Shown in pieces: positions 1-13,502 of a DNA stretch of 64,000 nucleotides. A program made the position numbers and the translations under genes. The notes under the pieces are model-generated. The model was not told the DNA's origin. It worked only from the letters and a program-made list of their open reading frames with translations, and made no database searches. Origin of the DNA: Mobula hypostoma (lineage: Eukaryota); NCBI RefSeq assembly GCF_963921235.1, contig NC_086108.1, positions 60,204,001-60,268,000 on the forward strand, given 5' to 3'. Position 1 is the first letter of the stretch, and each line of letters opens with the position of its first letter.

Positions 1-660
1 TAATATCTGCACTTTGAAGTCTCCAATCAATGACTTTCTCAAATCTTTCAATGCCAGAACAGATGGAGAGGCCCAAGTCCTGTTCGAGCTTTGATCAAAG
101 CTGTAAGAGAGAGGTGTGGCATCCATGAAGGTGACCTTGCACACCATGATAGACAGCAGCTTGCTGAAATCTTACATCAGTGGACACACAATCCATGAAA
201 AACCTGCTCTGCACCCCAACAAAGACGGCTTGTTTCAACTCAACAGAGATGAAATTGTCTTGAAAGTAGTATTTTTTTTCAATTTAAGCTGGTCTTTAAA
301 GTTGGCATTTCTGATCTGGCATTTCTAAAGCGGGCATTCTGATCCCAGGGCTATTTTTCACTTGTTTATTCACCAAATACAGAACTGTCCAATATGCTTA
401 CAAGCCCTCAATCTGCCCATTTAGATCATTCTTGCAGAGAGGCTATGGGTATGAGAATTTGGCAGGATTCTCCTTGAACAGATGTAACTGGCTGAACACT
501 ACAAGAGCTGAGAGAGACTGTGGACAGTCAAAACCGGGGAACAAAGATTGATCACCTGACATACTCTTGAATGAGCTGCTGACAAAGAGCTCTGGTTGCA
601 GGCAGATGTTGGAGGCTTCCTGTTTCTTTGCGCCCATTGTCATCAATGTCAATTCTCACA
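1..660 (-). mobile_element. Highly degraded LINE RT fragment, possibly RTE
   Basis: Only weak broken-frame resemblance (KLLSIMVCKVTFMDAT..., TISSLLS) to RTE reverse transcriptase. Confidence 0.25.
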
Positions 661-3264
661 TCCCAGTCGCAACTATGAAGATGGTGTGCTAGCATCATTA
701 ACTTTCTGAAAAGTTTAATGAGATTTGGCATGACATCAAAGATTCTGAAAAGCTTTTGATAAACTGTTACAGATGTACAGTGGGAGGCATTCTGACTGCT
801 GCATCACGGACTGATATGAAAACTCCAATGCAGAGATTTACAAGCCTGAAAAGATATGGTTCAGGTGAAATAGCAAGATATTCTACCCCAGAAATATTGA
901 TTTGGGTGAGAAAAAAGAAGTGGAAAAGCAAAATTTCAAAGACAGTGTGAATTGCAGTGACAGACATAAAATTCATAGAGGACCAGTGGAATCCCCATGG
1001 TCATGCATTAGTGCAGTGGCATTTAACTCACCTTTTAGCGGAAGAGTTATGGAATGGAAAATAATAATTGAGTATTCAGAGTGCTCACAACACAAATATT
1101 TGTCTCATACATTTATCATATGATTCCAGAGACCCCTGACATTTATAGATAACAGATTTTTCATCATTCTAAAAATAGACATGATTACACAAATCAGGTT
1201 GATCCGGTGTTTATAAGAAATTGAAATGCAAGAAATTTAATTTTCAATCCAATGAATTTTTTTTTGGGGTCAGTGGCTTCAGACTGATGAGTCTTCTAAA
1301 GCAATTGGCAATGCAACTTCAGCTGTCAATTAGACAAAGATGCAATCAGATTAAAAAGATGCGATTTTAAATTAACTAATAATATCACGATAAAGCTCAC
1401 AAAATAACAACATTAAGGAGATGAAATTGGAATTATTTATATGATACATTTGATTCAAATCTTGCATCTGACATTTACTGTTGCTGAGGCTTCAATTATA
1501 AGAAAAGCAGAACCAGGTTTCTAGGATATTTACAGGTAGCACCCGAAACAATTATTTTTATGTTGGAGATCTTACCTCTGGGGGGAAAAGCCGTCATTCT
1601 CCTTATATCAGCAATGTGACCAGTTTCAGATCTTCCAGCCTCCAAGGTTAGAATTAATGAAGATAGAGGGAAAGATGTATCTCCCGGAACAGCATCCGTC
1701 TATCATAAAATGGATTGAAAATCCCAATAGCTAGGTTGCTACCACACTATATATTAATTATAGGTACAAATGACAAAGTTTGAATCAATAAGCTAGTTTA
1801 TTGATTGTTATTTCATGTGGAACATGACAATTTTGTGTTATACCTGTTCAGGTTAATCCAGCTACTGATTTATCACTTGATATTTGTACTGGTGGGTTAT
1901 TAAAATGTTTTTACAGTACTGATCACATGCATTTTATAGCTGATAGGACAAACTGTAAAGAAATAGATACAGTATTATCCTGAAATATGTATTGCCAATT
2001 GAATGAGTAATGTCACAGTTTTGTTGCAGAGACTAGCCTTTTTTATTTCCGACTGTAATTACATTTATGACCTTCATTCGAGCATTATACTAGCTGCATT
2101 TCTCTCTCCACTTCAGTATAGTGAGCATATAGGCACTTGAGTTCAATGCATTTGCCAAATGCTTCCTTATTGTATTGCCTATTCAGGTATTGTGTGGATC
2201 TGAGCGAAAGCTGCTAAAATAAACTGTAATACTGAGTGAATGCAATATAATTTGCATTTTTCAGGGTTGTTAAAGATTGAGTGAAACATGGGTGTATGTT
2301 AACTATTTGGTTTGCTCCCACTCCAGCCCTGAAATAATACAATTCATTTTCTCTAGGGATTAGCACTATTAGGTATCACTAGATATGAAAAACTCAGCTT
2401 TGATTGAATTACGTAGTTGACTTTATGGGACAAATGACCTAATTCTGCTCCTTTATTTTATGGTCTTATAGTCTATACAGACATTCATAAGTCAGTGTTA
2501 TCTGTAATTCAGAAAATACAGGAAAATCACTAGATATGATTACTATACATCCACAGTATTGTCATGAATGGCATCAGAAGCACATAAGATTGATAAGAAA
2601 AAACAATTACTGAAAGTGAAAAAAGAGAAAGGAAATTACTTTTGCCTTTCATAGAAACAAAATGTTTGAATTTAATAATATTATGGGAGCCCGTTCATAA
2701 GGAAGGAAGTGCATAACTCAGTGCTTCTAACTTGGAGGCCATCCTGTATGTTGGGGGTAAGTTAAAGTAAACAGGCAGAGTTAGGAAACACCACCTACAG
2801 TAAATCTCTAAATTAATAAACACAAAATAATTTAATGCTGCAGAATAACTAGGGCAAGTTTGGTTTTCACTTGGTAACATAGGTGAGGATGGGGGAGCTA
2901 ATTTTTGTGGGATGTTCAGGGTATTGAAACATCTCCAGAAACACCTTTAATATTCAAAAATAATCCATTTGCCCTTCAGGAAGAACACGTTGGGTCGATT
3001 GATAAATTACAGAAACAATAATGGATGTTCTTCCTGATAGGCATTTCTGCAATTCCACTCATGAAACACTACTAATTAGATTTGCATAAATAAATATTCA
3101 TTGACATGTAGTGAATAATAAGTACGTTTAGATGAATAACACTCAACTAGAACTTGGAATTTCTGCTACTTTTTACTTTGTTGATTTTTAACATTTTCTT
3201 TTTATCTTTCTCAGATTAATGCAAATGATAATGCAATTATTTCAATGTCTTTGCAAAACTGCAA

Positions 3265-3642
3265 ACATAAGAACATAAGAAATAGGAGCAGGAGAAGGCC
3301 ATCTGGCTTGTCAAGCAAGCTCCGCCATTTAATAAGATCATGGCTGATCTGGCCATGGACTCATCTCCACCTACCTGCCTTCTCACTTAATTCCTCTACT
3401 ATGCAATAATCTATCCAACCTTGTCTCAGATATATTTACTGAGGTAGCCTCCACTGCTTCACTGGGCAGAGAATTCCATAGATTCACCACTCTCTGGGAA
3501 AAGCAGCTCCCCCCACCTCTGTCTAAATCTACTTTCCCGAACCTTGAGGCTATGTCCCCTAGTTCTAGTCTCACCTACCAATGGAAATGCCTCGATCTTA
3601 TCTATCCCTTTCATAATTTTATATGTTTCCATAAGATCTCTC
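3265..3642 (-). mobile_element. CR1 LINE 3' end
   Basis: Peptides RDLMETYKIMKGIDK...TRGHSLKV and FSQRVVNLWNSLP; (AACATAAG)n tail at 3265-3280. Confidence 0.85.
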
Positions 3643-3954
3643 ATGGATATTCACAGTAAAGTAGACTTTCTGATGCTACTTCCAACCCATTGCTCTGCTC
3701 TAAGCATTTTGTCCTATATCTTTAACGTCTTGTTGGGTAACCTTTTAGTTTGAGGTTTCCCTGGTGACTGATAAGGACAACGCGGGAAGGAACCAGAGAT
3801 TCTTCAGTAACGTGGCAGGAGTTGGCTAAAGGGGTGGCAGGTTGGTAGTTTGTGAGGTGGTGCATTTCTTCTGCCATTTTCAGGGGGTATCTATGTGCTT
3901 CAGATGCATGGACTCAAGGTCTGGAATCCCATTCCGAGTGTTTCATTTCTACAG

Positions 3955-4285
3955 GGGCGACATAGTGGCAACAGGTAGTAAAGATGTTGCCTCGTAGTTC
4001 CATGGATTCTGATTACTCCCAAGTTCAGGTGCTGTCAGTGTGGAGTTTGCATGTTCTCCCTGTGACTTTGGTTTCTGTTTCTTCCCACGTCTTAAAGACC
4101 TACGGGTTGGTATGTTAATTGCCATTGTAAATTGCTCACGGTGCACAGGTAAGTAGCAGAATCTGGAGGGGTCGATGAGAATGTGGGGAGAACAAAAAAA
4201 TGGGCTTTATTTAAAATTTGCATAAATGATGGTTGAGTGGGCATTGCAGGCTTGATGGTTTGTTTCTGTATTGTATCGCTGTGCA
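3955..4285 (+). mobile_element. V-SINE/HE1-type SINE
   Basis: Central motif gtgtggagtttgcatgttctccc...ttcccac...aaagac...gttaattg...ttgtaaattg, shared with other copies in the window. Confidence 0.6.
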
Positions 4286-4329
4286 ATCCTATAACACTTC
4301 GAGCAGTCATAGGCCACTGTTTCGTAGGA

Positions 4330-4650
4330 TTCATATCTACCTCTAACCTCATCCGATGACAGAGTCCAGGACTGTGGATATTGGCTTGGAAGAAGATATT
4401 GACATTGGTTCCCTTCTTCTTCCAGTAAATGGAAAATTTTGTGACACTAGTGCTCCTGGCATTTGTCTATTGTCTTGAAATACCAGCATATCCAGGTCTC
4501 AGAAATATACAAGGGCAGGTATCAGGTCATCAGCATCTAGTGGACTTTCCGTACTCCAGAAGCCACCTCCTGGCAACACTGATGATATATTTACCACCAG
4601 CTTTTATCCACTAGCACAGCTGAAGGTCAAGTGACTAAAAGGCTCTTTGC
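4330..4650 (-). mobile_element. RTE LINE 3' ORF fragment (degraded)
   Basis: Translates to LYISETW...CHKIFH...NQCQYLLPSQYP, resembling the RTE LYGSETW...RCLRKIL...TNVSVL region. Confidence 0.5.
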
Positions 4651-4734
4651 AGATCCAGACTCTGGTCCCATTATGGTCCACAGACACCAGTGACCAATAT
4701 CCTCTGATTGCATTATTTTATTTTTGAGATATAG

Positions 4735-5000
4735 TGGGGAGCAGGCCCTTCTGGCCCTTCAAGCCACGCTGTTCCAGCAATCCTGACAAACTTGATTAAC
4801 CCTAACTTAATCACGGGACAATTTACAATTACCAATTAACCTATGAGGTACGTCCTTAGACTGTGGGAAGAAACCAGAGGACCCGGAAAAAACCCATGCA
4901 TTCCATGGGGAGGACATATAGAGACTCCTTATAGAACAGTACAGGAATTGAACTTTGAAACTCCGGAATGTCCCAAGCAGTGCTAAGCACTACGCTACCA
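4735..5000 (-). mobile_element. V-SINE/HE1-type SINE with CR1-like tail
   Basis: Reverse complement of the same SINE core (gacaatttacaat...gtgggaagaaaccagaggacccggaaaaaacccatgca). Confidence 0.55.
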
Positions 5001-5039
5001 TGGAGCCCAGAAAATATGGAATGTTTCACGATTTTGCTT

Positions 5040-5490
5040 GTCACCCTATGTGCTTATGACACCTGAATTACCTCACATGTACCTCAAAGCAGTGGGAAAG
5101 TACCACTGGCACTGTTTCCAACATTAACAGCAATGAGGTCCTAGTTACACTCAATTGGCTGCATCAAGCAGGTTATGTTGATCATAAACCTGGCAACAAA
5201 CTCCCAACACTCTGGAAGAAACTAACAGGTGGACAGAGGAAAAGATTATGCTCAAAACCATAAATTCAACATTCCCACTGATTCCAGGGAATCCCTGGTC
5301 CGTGACTCCTTAATCTAGAGGAGGAGTATTCAGGATGATTTGAGAATCTCAAGGCCATGCAGAAACTCTATATAAATAGCAAAAGAACCATAATAACTCA
5401 CAGGATACAGACCAGCTTACACCAATGGCTACTATCTACCTCATCTGTGGAAGAGTCCACAATTCCCACACTGATCTCATTATCCACCAG
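5040..5490 (+). mobile_element. RTE LINE 3' end (degraded)
   Basis: LVTLNWLHQAGYVDHKPGNKLP (cf. QLRWAGHVVRMPD.RLP) and the terminal Zn-finger remnant ICGRVHNSHTDLIIH. Confidence 0.5.
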
Positions 5491-6224
5491 GTTCAGGATC
5501 CAGAGGGGATAACTTCACTCAACTACACTCATCCCATCACTGAATTATTCCCACAATCTATTGGCTCACTTACAAGGACTCTTCATCTTATGTTCTCAAT
5601 ATTTATTGCTTATTTATTTCTTATTATTACTATTATTTTCCCTTCTGTATTTGCAAGTTTGTTGCCTTTTGCACATTGGTTGTTTGTCCATCCTATTGGG
5701 TGTGGTCTTTCATTGTTTCTATTGTGTTTCTTGGATATACTGTGTATGCCCACAAGAAGAAATTAATCTCAGGGTTGTATATGGTGACATTTATGTATTT
5801 TGATAATAAATTTACTTTGAACTTTATACTTTGTAAAATTGTAGCACATTCCAACCAGTAGAAGCTCTTTGAATATTCAATACTGGTGTCTGTTCCAAAG
5901 GCCAGACACCCAAAATATATCCCTTTTGTCACAATGTAGAAGGATGACTCTATGAATATACAACTAACCCAAAAAGTTAAGAGACAAAAAGTATCTGACC
6001 TGCACTAAGTGGTTGGAATACCCCTTTAACAATGTGCTATCAGTAGGAATATTCATCTATTGTCTTCCCATATGTAGTTTCATTGGGACAGAATCTGAAT
6101 GCCCCATTAGATTATGTACAGTTTTATTTCTTGAAGACCAGTTCTTATTTTAGTTAATCCATAATTATGATATCCATAATGTCATAACTCCAGAATAATC
6201 CCTGACACATTTCACTGGAGAAAT

Positions 6225-6347
6225 GGTCCTGATGAAGGGTCTCAACTGTTTATTCATCTCCACAGAGGCTAACTGACCTGCTGAGTTCCTCCAGCAATTT
6301 GTGTGTGTTACTCTGGATTCCCCACATCTGCAGAATCTCTCGTGTTT
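6225..6347 (+). mobile_element. Penelope-like element terminal (pLTR) fragment
   Basis: cctgatgaagggtctc...gctaactgacctgctgagttcctccagca...tctgcagaatctctcgtgttt, homologous to the PLE ends at 18625-18730, 32500-32673 and 40510-40635. Confidence 0.65.
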
Positions 6348-6925
6348 ACATTTCACTCTATCCTTTCCTTGTTTCATTCTGTAACTACTCCTGAGAGTGT
6401 CCCTATCAATTCCATGGACCTGCAGAGGGCAGAAGATTCCACCAGACAATTCACTCCACAATTTGTGTGTAACAGAATGGAGCCATCTTCATGAGATTGG
6501 GAAATTGTGTGTTTCTGTAGACTTTGTACTAAATTCTACATTCCAAAATAAACCATGGTAATATAAGTTTTGATAGAGCCATGAAAATAATTAACGATAA
6601 TTAATGAAAACTGACATTACGTGAATTCTACATGACTACACAGCATCTCCTTCTTTAGTGACTACCTGTCTTAAACAAACATTGAAAACTATCCCTCATT
6701 AAAATGAACTCCTGAAGTTTCACACTTGCTGTCTCGAAATTATCCTGGGGACTGTCAGTTCTTGCTAAGCTCAGCTTTTGTCTGGCATGTTTCAACTTCA
6801 TCACTGATGTGACTGGCAGGATGGCTGTCAAATGCAAGAGTGGCTGCCTTCATTTGTTCTTTCTTAGTATTAACTAAGGCTGCAGTTACTATGTTTTACT
6901 ATGCTATGCATACGAGGATTCTATG

Positions 6926-6976
6926 GTTAAGATACCAGTCAGGGGCATCAGTTAAGATACCAGTCAGGGGCATCAG
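6926..6976. repeat. Perfect 25-bp tandem duplication
   Basis: gttaagataccagtcaggggcatca repeated twice. Confidence 0.95.
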
Positions 6977-7499
6977 CACCTCCTTTCTAACAAGCACACT
7001 TGAGTAGTCTTACATAAGAATCAAGGAACTGCTGTTGAAACTGTCTTGCTGCGAGACCCAGCTTTGAAATAGCTGGGAAGAGTTTTCAGTTGTGTTATAT
7101 GCTGGCTATAAATACACTAAATACATCAGAAAAAGTTAAGATTTGTCCATTGAAGTCTAAGTGAATTTAAATAGCGTGATAATTCTTAATTACTACCAAG
7201 CAGCCTCTCTGACCTGCAAATTAACTTTTACAAGCATGGAGTCTCATTTCTTCAGATTTTAATTATCATTAACAGTAATTTCATGCTGTTTTGTCATTTA
7301 AATAATTTCCTCACACAACCAGTGACATGCAGTAGATTTGCTGGACATAGTACCAAGGGACCAATAAAACTGGTTAATTAAAATAAAAACTAGCTTAACT
7401 AAAACTGCTTAAAACCAGTCTGTATTCCTTCAAGATACCTTGTGGCTTCTGGGAAGCAAGGGGACCAAGCCTGTTGTTGGGGTTGCCCTCAGGCAGGGT

Positions 7500-9480
7500 T
7501 AGGGTAGAAATGGCAGGATGTAACGAAGAAGTCAGAGGTAGTGAAGAGAAGGTGGTATTGATAGGAGTTGTATGGAGGAAGGAAAATAGCAGGTCTCTAG
7601 GAAATGGAAAAATAAACTGTGAGTTGAGGATTGTCCAGTGAAGAAGGTATTAGACAGGATTTAAATAAAAGAAGGATGGAAGAATTTAAGGTTTTGCTGA
7701 GTTTTGAATGTGAACCTATTTCTGATATCAATATGATTAGATTAACCAAGGATTTCAAAAAACAAACGTTAGAAGATATTGTGGGTGTGAGACCTTTAAA
7801 AGATGGGGCATTCATCACATTTTGTAAAGATAGTAAGCAAAGTGAGAAAGCTTTAGGGTTTAAAGCTGTGGGAGAAAGGAAGTAACAGAGGGAGTTATAT
7901 TCAATGACAGTGACTTTGGGAAATCATAACAGGATTGCTTCGAGGTGTATCCATTGACCAAGTTAAAAATAGTTTAGTCTAGGGAAAAGTTGTAGATGCT
8001 AAACATTTCAAAGGGTTTCAAAGTGGATAGCTTATCAGTGGTGATCGTTATAGATTATAGAATACACCTTCTGGTTCTACTTGGACATGTCTTAAGTGAT
8101 GAACCCAGGGACATAGGACATTTCAGATCTTTAATCATCAGACAACCTCGACCGGACGACCCAGCCAGGGGAGATCAGCCCCCGACTAGTGTCCAAGTGG
8201 CGCACTAATCCACAGATCCCACCTCCGGATCCACAGCCACAGCGAAGCCTTTTCAGCAGCCTCCAGAATGTTCTTGGTGGCTCTTCTGCACTGCAGTCCT
8301 TTAACTCCAAGGAGCAAATTTGATGGAAAAACATTGCAGTTAATTCAGGTTATACAAGTTATTTTGTTCGAGTCTATGTGCCACCCCCACTGAGATGTTT
8401 TCAGTGCCAGAAATTTGGTCATATAGCAGCTGTGTGTAAGGGTAAAAAGCAGTGTGGTAAGTATGGTGGAGAACATGATTATGGTAATTGTGAAAAGGCA
8501 TTATGCAATGTAGCAATTATGGAGAGGATCACCTCTGCTTATGCAAGGTGTCCTGTGTATAAGAAAGCTGTGGAAGTGCAGTGTGTTCAGATGGAAATGG
8601 GCATTTCATATGCAGAGGCTCAGCAGAAAGTATAGAAGGCTGTGTCAATGGGACCTATTAATATCCAGAATACAGGTAGTTTAAAGAGTGTATAAAGTGC
8701 ATGATTTTATAACATAGGATTCGTTGATTATTGATAAACTAAAGTTTCTCACTTTCTTGACGGATGTGATATATTGTACAGCGCTAACTAAAAGTAGGAC
8801 AGAGAAAAAATAAAATTATATTAAAAGCTGGACAAAACATCTAGAGATAAAGATTAACTCTGAAGTAAATAAACAGAGTTCAAAGGAGGGCTGATAATGT
8901 TTTTTCTAATCTTACAATGGAATGCTAGAAATTTGTTAGCCAATGGTCAGGAATTTTAAAAATTTGTTGAAGATTTACCAAATAAGCCTGATATTATATG
9001 TGTACAGGAAACCTTGAAACCTTATCTATGTTGTAAGATACAAAGTTTTTTGATGTACTTTAAGATACAATCATAAAATGGGTAATGGAGGAAGAGAGCC
9101 TACTTTGTTAAAGATGGAACACCACAGAGTTTTGAAAATTGTAGCTGTTTATAAGTCAATTGTGGTTGAAATTTGGGGAAGTAATAGTAAATTACAGATA
9201 ATAATTTTTATAACCCCTGTGAAAGGTTAACACCTGATATACTGGAAATTTTGGTTAGAAATAGGGAAAAGAAAGCTCATATGGAGTGGGGATTTTGATG
9301 CTCATTGTACTAAGTGGGGTTGTAGTGACACAAATGTGGATGGTGGAAATCTCACAGGAAGAAATACGTTTGGTGAGCTTGAATGATGGAGGGAGTTCAA
9401 GGATAAATCTATTTAATAATACGATTTCTGCTGTAGACCTTACACTAGTATCTGAGGAAATAGCCGACAGCCTTGCAGCT
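7500..9480 (+). mobile_element. Nimb/I-clade LINE 5' part: ORF1 (CCHC knuckles) and AP endonuclease start, decayed
   Basis: PPPLRCFQCQKFGHIAAVCKGKKQCGKYGGEH; ILQWNARNLLANGQEF; ICVQETL; GDFDAH; SAVDLTLVS. Homologous to 24322-25870. Confidence 0.75.
8047..8315 (-). mobile_element. HERO-like (restriction-like endonuclease) non-LTR element 3' end, inserted in Nimb ORF1
   Basis: Minus translation LLGVKGLQCRRATKNILEAAEKASLWLWIRRWDLW...* followed by a 3' UTR. It interrupts the Nimb ORF1 motif DSLSVVI|KFD, which is contiguous in the 25090-25120 copy. Confidence 0.6.
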
Positions 9481-9499
9481 TAAACAGTGCCAGCACATC

Positions 9500-11760
9500 A
9501 GGACATCAGAGGTCTGTGATCACCCTGGGTTCCAGCTGCCAGGGACATCTACTATACATCATGGACACCTTTTCAGGGCGGTGTTTTCTGTGTGACAGGG
9601 GTGCTCCAGTGAGTGTGTCACCAGCATCATCTATTGGTGAGAAGGTAAAGAGCAACGAAACTCGCTGGAGGCCACCAGAGGCAGCACGAGCCAGACATAC
9701 AGGACATGACAGGTGACAGTCTGCTTCAGTGAGTGATGCTACACATGGGACTTCATCCCGGCTAAAGTGCCTAGACCTCTGCAGGGTGCAGGTTTCCTGT
9801 GTGCCCAAGGACGATTAGTTGATCTTAAGAGCTGCTGGCTCCTGGATGTCAAGGACTTTAAGTCATTAACCTGCTCCCTCAGTAAGTTCCCCACAACGAC
9901 AATGTCAAGCATGTGCACCAATGCATGTGAATTTACTCGACGCCGGGTGAATTTCCAGACCTCACCAAGCCCACGTTCTCCACTACAGTCACAAAACAGG
10001 GGCCAACCACCACATTCCCACAACTGATCCCCTAATCCATGCCCGTGTGCCTAGACTGGACCCAGAAAAGGTGTGGAGGCTGAGTTTGCCAACATGGCCA
10101 TACCTGGCATTGTACGTCGGTCGAGTGACCCCTCCATATAGTCCCTAAGTCCGATGGTGGTTGCCAGTCATGTGGTGTTTACCAACATCTTAATGAAGCT
10201 ACCACCCCCAATCGTTGCCCGGTCCCACATATCCAAAACCTTTTCAGCACGTTTAGCTAGAAAGTTAATTTTTTCCAAAGTCAGTCTAGTTAGGGCTACT
10301 ATCAGGTGCCTGTGTGATTGGAGGACATTCCCAAAACAGCTGTGATAACCCCATTTTGCCTCTGAGTTTCTGCACATGCTGTGAGAGACAATCTGCCACA
10401 GCATTATTTTTCCCCTTGATATGTTGTATATCAGTTGTGAACTCGGATATGTAGGCCAGGTAGTGTTGCTGCTGTGTAGACCAAGGGTCTGATATTTTGC
10501 CCATTGCGTGCATGAGGGAGTTTGTGGTCAATGACCATTGTGAAATTGAGAAGAAAACAAAGACAGCAGAGAGCCAGATAGAGACAGAGAAGCATGGTTC
10601 GTGCACAGTACCCATAGCATAGTCTAAGGCATCTGCAGTAATGGCTATTTACCACTGGGGAGCGGGTGATGCTGTGGCTCAGCCAGCCACGGAGGCTGTA
10701 CACATGGGGTTGACTATGCTGGCATGGCAGCCGACCAAGTTACTGACCCAGAGGTCCAGGCTTACCGAGCAGCAGTCACGGGCCTGCGGACGGCTGACAT
10801 TAAGTTCAGGGAAGCTGGGGTTTCTCTCCTGTGCCATGTTTCAACTGGTCGCCCTTGCCCCATCGTGCCTGCAAACTGGAGACAGACTGTTTTTGACTCC
10901 ATACATAGCCTCGCCCACCTGAGCCGGAAGGCCTCACAGAAAGTGGTTGAACTAAGGTTTGTTGAGCACCGCCTCAGTGCGTGATTGAACTGCAGCTTGT
11001 GTGGAGTGCCAGTGGGCAAAAATTAACCTTGATGTTCAGGCGCCATTGGCACCCTTTGAGGTCCCTAAGTGATGGTTTGACCATGTCAATGTGGAGCTTG
11101 TTGGCCCTCTTACCCCCTCCCGTGGTTTCACGCACCTTCTTACCATAGCAGACCGTACCACCAATTGGCCAGAAATCATCCCTCTAGCATCGATGCTTCA
11201 TCAGCACCTGGGTCGCTCGGTTTGGCACCCCATCTGACACTTCTTCTGACCGTGGTCCCCAATTCATACCTGACCTCTCGGGTGTGATGGCCCAGAACCC
11301 CAGCATTAGGCTACATCACACCATGGTGTATCACCTGCAGTCCAATGGCCAATGCGAGCAGTTCCACCATTCCTTAAAGGCTGCTCTGAGGGCTTCCCTG
11401 AACAGTGAGTGTTGGCATTATCATCTCCCATGGATCCCAGGGCTCAGAATAACTCACAAAAGAGGACCTGCAGTCATCTACGGCTGAGTTGGTATATGGG
11501 CAGCTGTTCTGTGTTTTGGGACAGGGAAAAAGACTTTTATCATAGATAAGAGGGGTAAACCTGAATGCATTTTGGTCGATTGCCTTAAAGAGGCCCACCA
11601 AGATTTGGAGTATTCCACTGCCGTCCCCCCGACATCATAACATGACCATGTGTGTGTTAATGCACCTCTGGACGAGCCAGAGGCACCTGCTATTCCTCCA
11701 CCTATAGAACACAGGACCTGAGCTGGGCAGCTCATCTCAGCTCCAGACAGGCTCACAATG
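9500..11760 (+). mobile_element. Ty3/Gypsy internal region (PR-RT-RH-IN), decayed, with most of RT deleted and RNase H inverted
   Basis: Protease LLYIMDTFSGRCFLCDRGA; RT ITPF..EFLHM; RNase H/tether on the minus strand (10381-10680); integrase HSLAHLSRKASQ, FDHVNVELVGPL, SDRGPQF, QSNGQCEQFHHSLKAALRA. Confidence 0.85.
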
Positions 11761-11824
11761 TCGGTTTTAGTGAATTCTGGGGGGCCCGCATAGGGTAATG
11801 TAATTGGGGGGGCCTGTATAGGGT

Positions 11825-13502
11825 AATCCAGATCATTGATATAGATGGCAAACAGCAATGGATACCTGCAGCACTCCACTAGTCACAGGCCTCCAGTCAG
11901 AGAAGCAACCATCTACTACCACTCTCTAGCTTCTCCCACAAAGCCAATGTCTAATCCAATTTACTAACTCATCTTGAATGCTGAGAAAATGAACCTCCTT
12001 AACCAATTTCCCATGCAGGACCTTGTCAAATACCTTGCTAAAGTCTATATAGACAACATCCACTGCCTTGCCTTCATCCACTTTCCTGGTAACTTCCCTG
12101 AAAAACTCTATAATATTGGTTAGACATGACCTGCCATGTATGGAGCCATGCTGACTATCCAAATACTTACAGTATGAATCCGGTCCCTCAGAATACCTTC
12201 CAATAACTTTATCACTACTGATGTCAGGCTCACTGGCCTATCATTTCCTGGTTTCTGTTTAGAGTTTTTCTTGAACAGCGGAATAACACTGCCTAACCTC
12301 CATTCCTCTGGTATCAAACCTGTTACTAAAGATGACTTAATTATCTTTGCTAGAGCCCCAGCAATTTCTGCACTTGCCTCCCGTAGGGTCTGAAGGAACA
12401 TCTTGTCAGGCCCTAAGATTTATCCATTCTAATTTGCCTTGGGGCAGCAAACACCTCCTCTTCTATAATGTGCCACTTTGCCTCACTTCTATAGACTCCG
12501 TGTCTGTCTCCTGAGTAAGTACAAATGCAATGAAATTATTTAAGATCTTCCCCCACCCCCATCTCATTTGGCTCCATACATGGATTACCATTCTGGTCTT
12601 CCAAGGGACTAACTTTGCTCTTACATATTTGTATAATCCCTTCGGATTCTCCTTTACTTTGTCTGCTAGGGAAACCTCACACCTCTTTTAGCTCTCCTGC
12701 TTTCTTTCTTAAGTGTCCTCTTGCATTTCTTATGCTCCATAAGCACCTCATTTGTTCCTGCCTGCCTCTATCTGCTATGTACCTCCTTTTCTTAACCAGG
12801 GCCTCAATATTTCTTGAAAACCCAGGTTCCCTACACTTGTTATCCTTACCTTTTATTTTGACAGGCATATACAAACTTTGTACTTGCAAAATTTCACTTT
12901 TGAAGGCTTCTCACTTACTAAATACACCTTTGCCAGAAAACAGCCTGTCCCAATCCACACTTGCCAGGTTCTTACTGATACCATCAAAAATGGCCTTTCT
13001 CCAATTTAGAATCTCAATCCGCAGATCAGATCTATCTGTTTGCATAGTTACTGTGAAACTAATGGCATTGTGATCACCAGATGCAAAGTGTTCCCCTACA
13101 CAAGCTTCTGTGACCTGCCCTATAATAGGAGATCAAGTATCTGACATTCTCTCATTGGGACTTCTACTTACTGATTAAGGAAACTTTCCTGAACACGCTT
13201 GACGAACTCTATCCCATCTATTCCTTTTACAGTATGGGTGTCCCAGTCAGTATGTAGAAAGTTAAAAACACCTAATATAATAACCTTATGTTTCTTGCAA
13301 CAGTCTGCAATCCCTTTACAAATTTATTACTCTAAATCCTTCGGACTGTTGGGTGGTCTGTAATATACCCCATTAATGTGGTCATACCTTTCTTATTTTT
13401 CAGTTTCACCCATAATGCCTCACTAGATGGGTTCTCCAGTCTGTCCTCACTGAGCACTGCTGTGATAGTTTCCCTGACTAGTAACGCAAGCTCCCCTCCT
13501 TT
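11825..13502 (-). mobile_element. CR1 LINE ORF2 fragment (EN-RT)
   Basis: KPGNDRPVSLTSVVIKLLEGILRD; GRSCLTNIIEFF; VDVVYIDFSKVFDKV; PLLFAIYINDLD. Confidence 0.9.

Noticed and set aside
6655..6837. 60-aa minus ORF as the first exon of a gene
   Set aside because: No recognisable homology, weak donor site, no CpG island.
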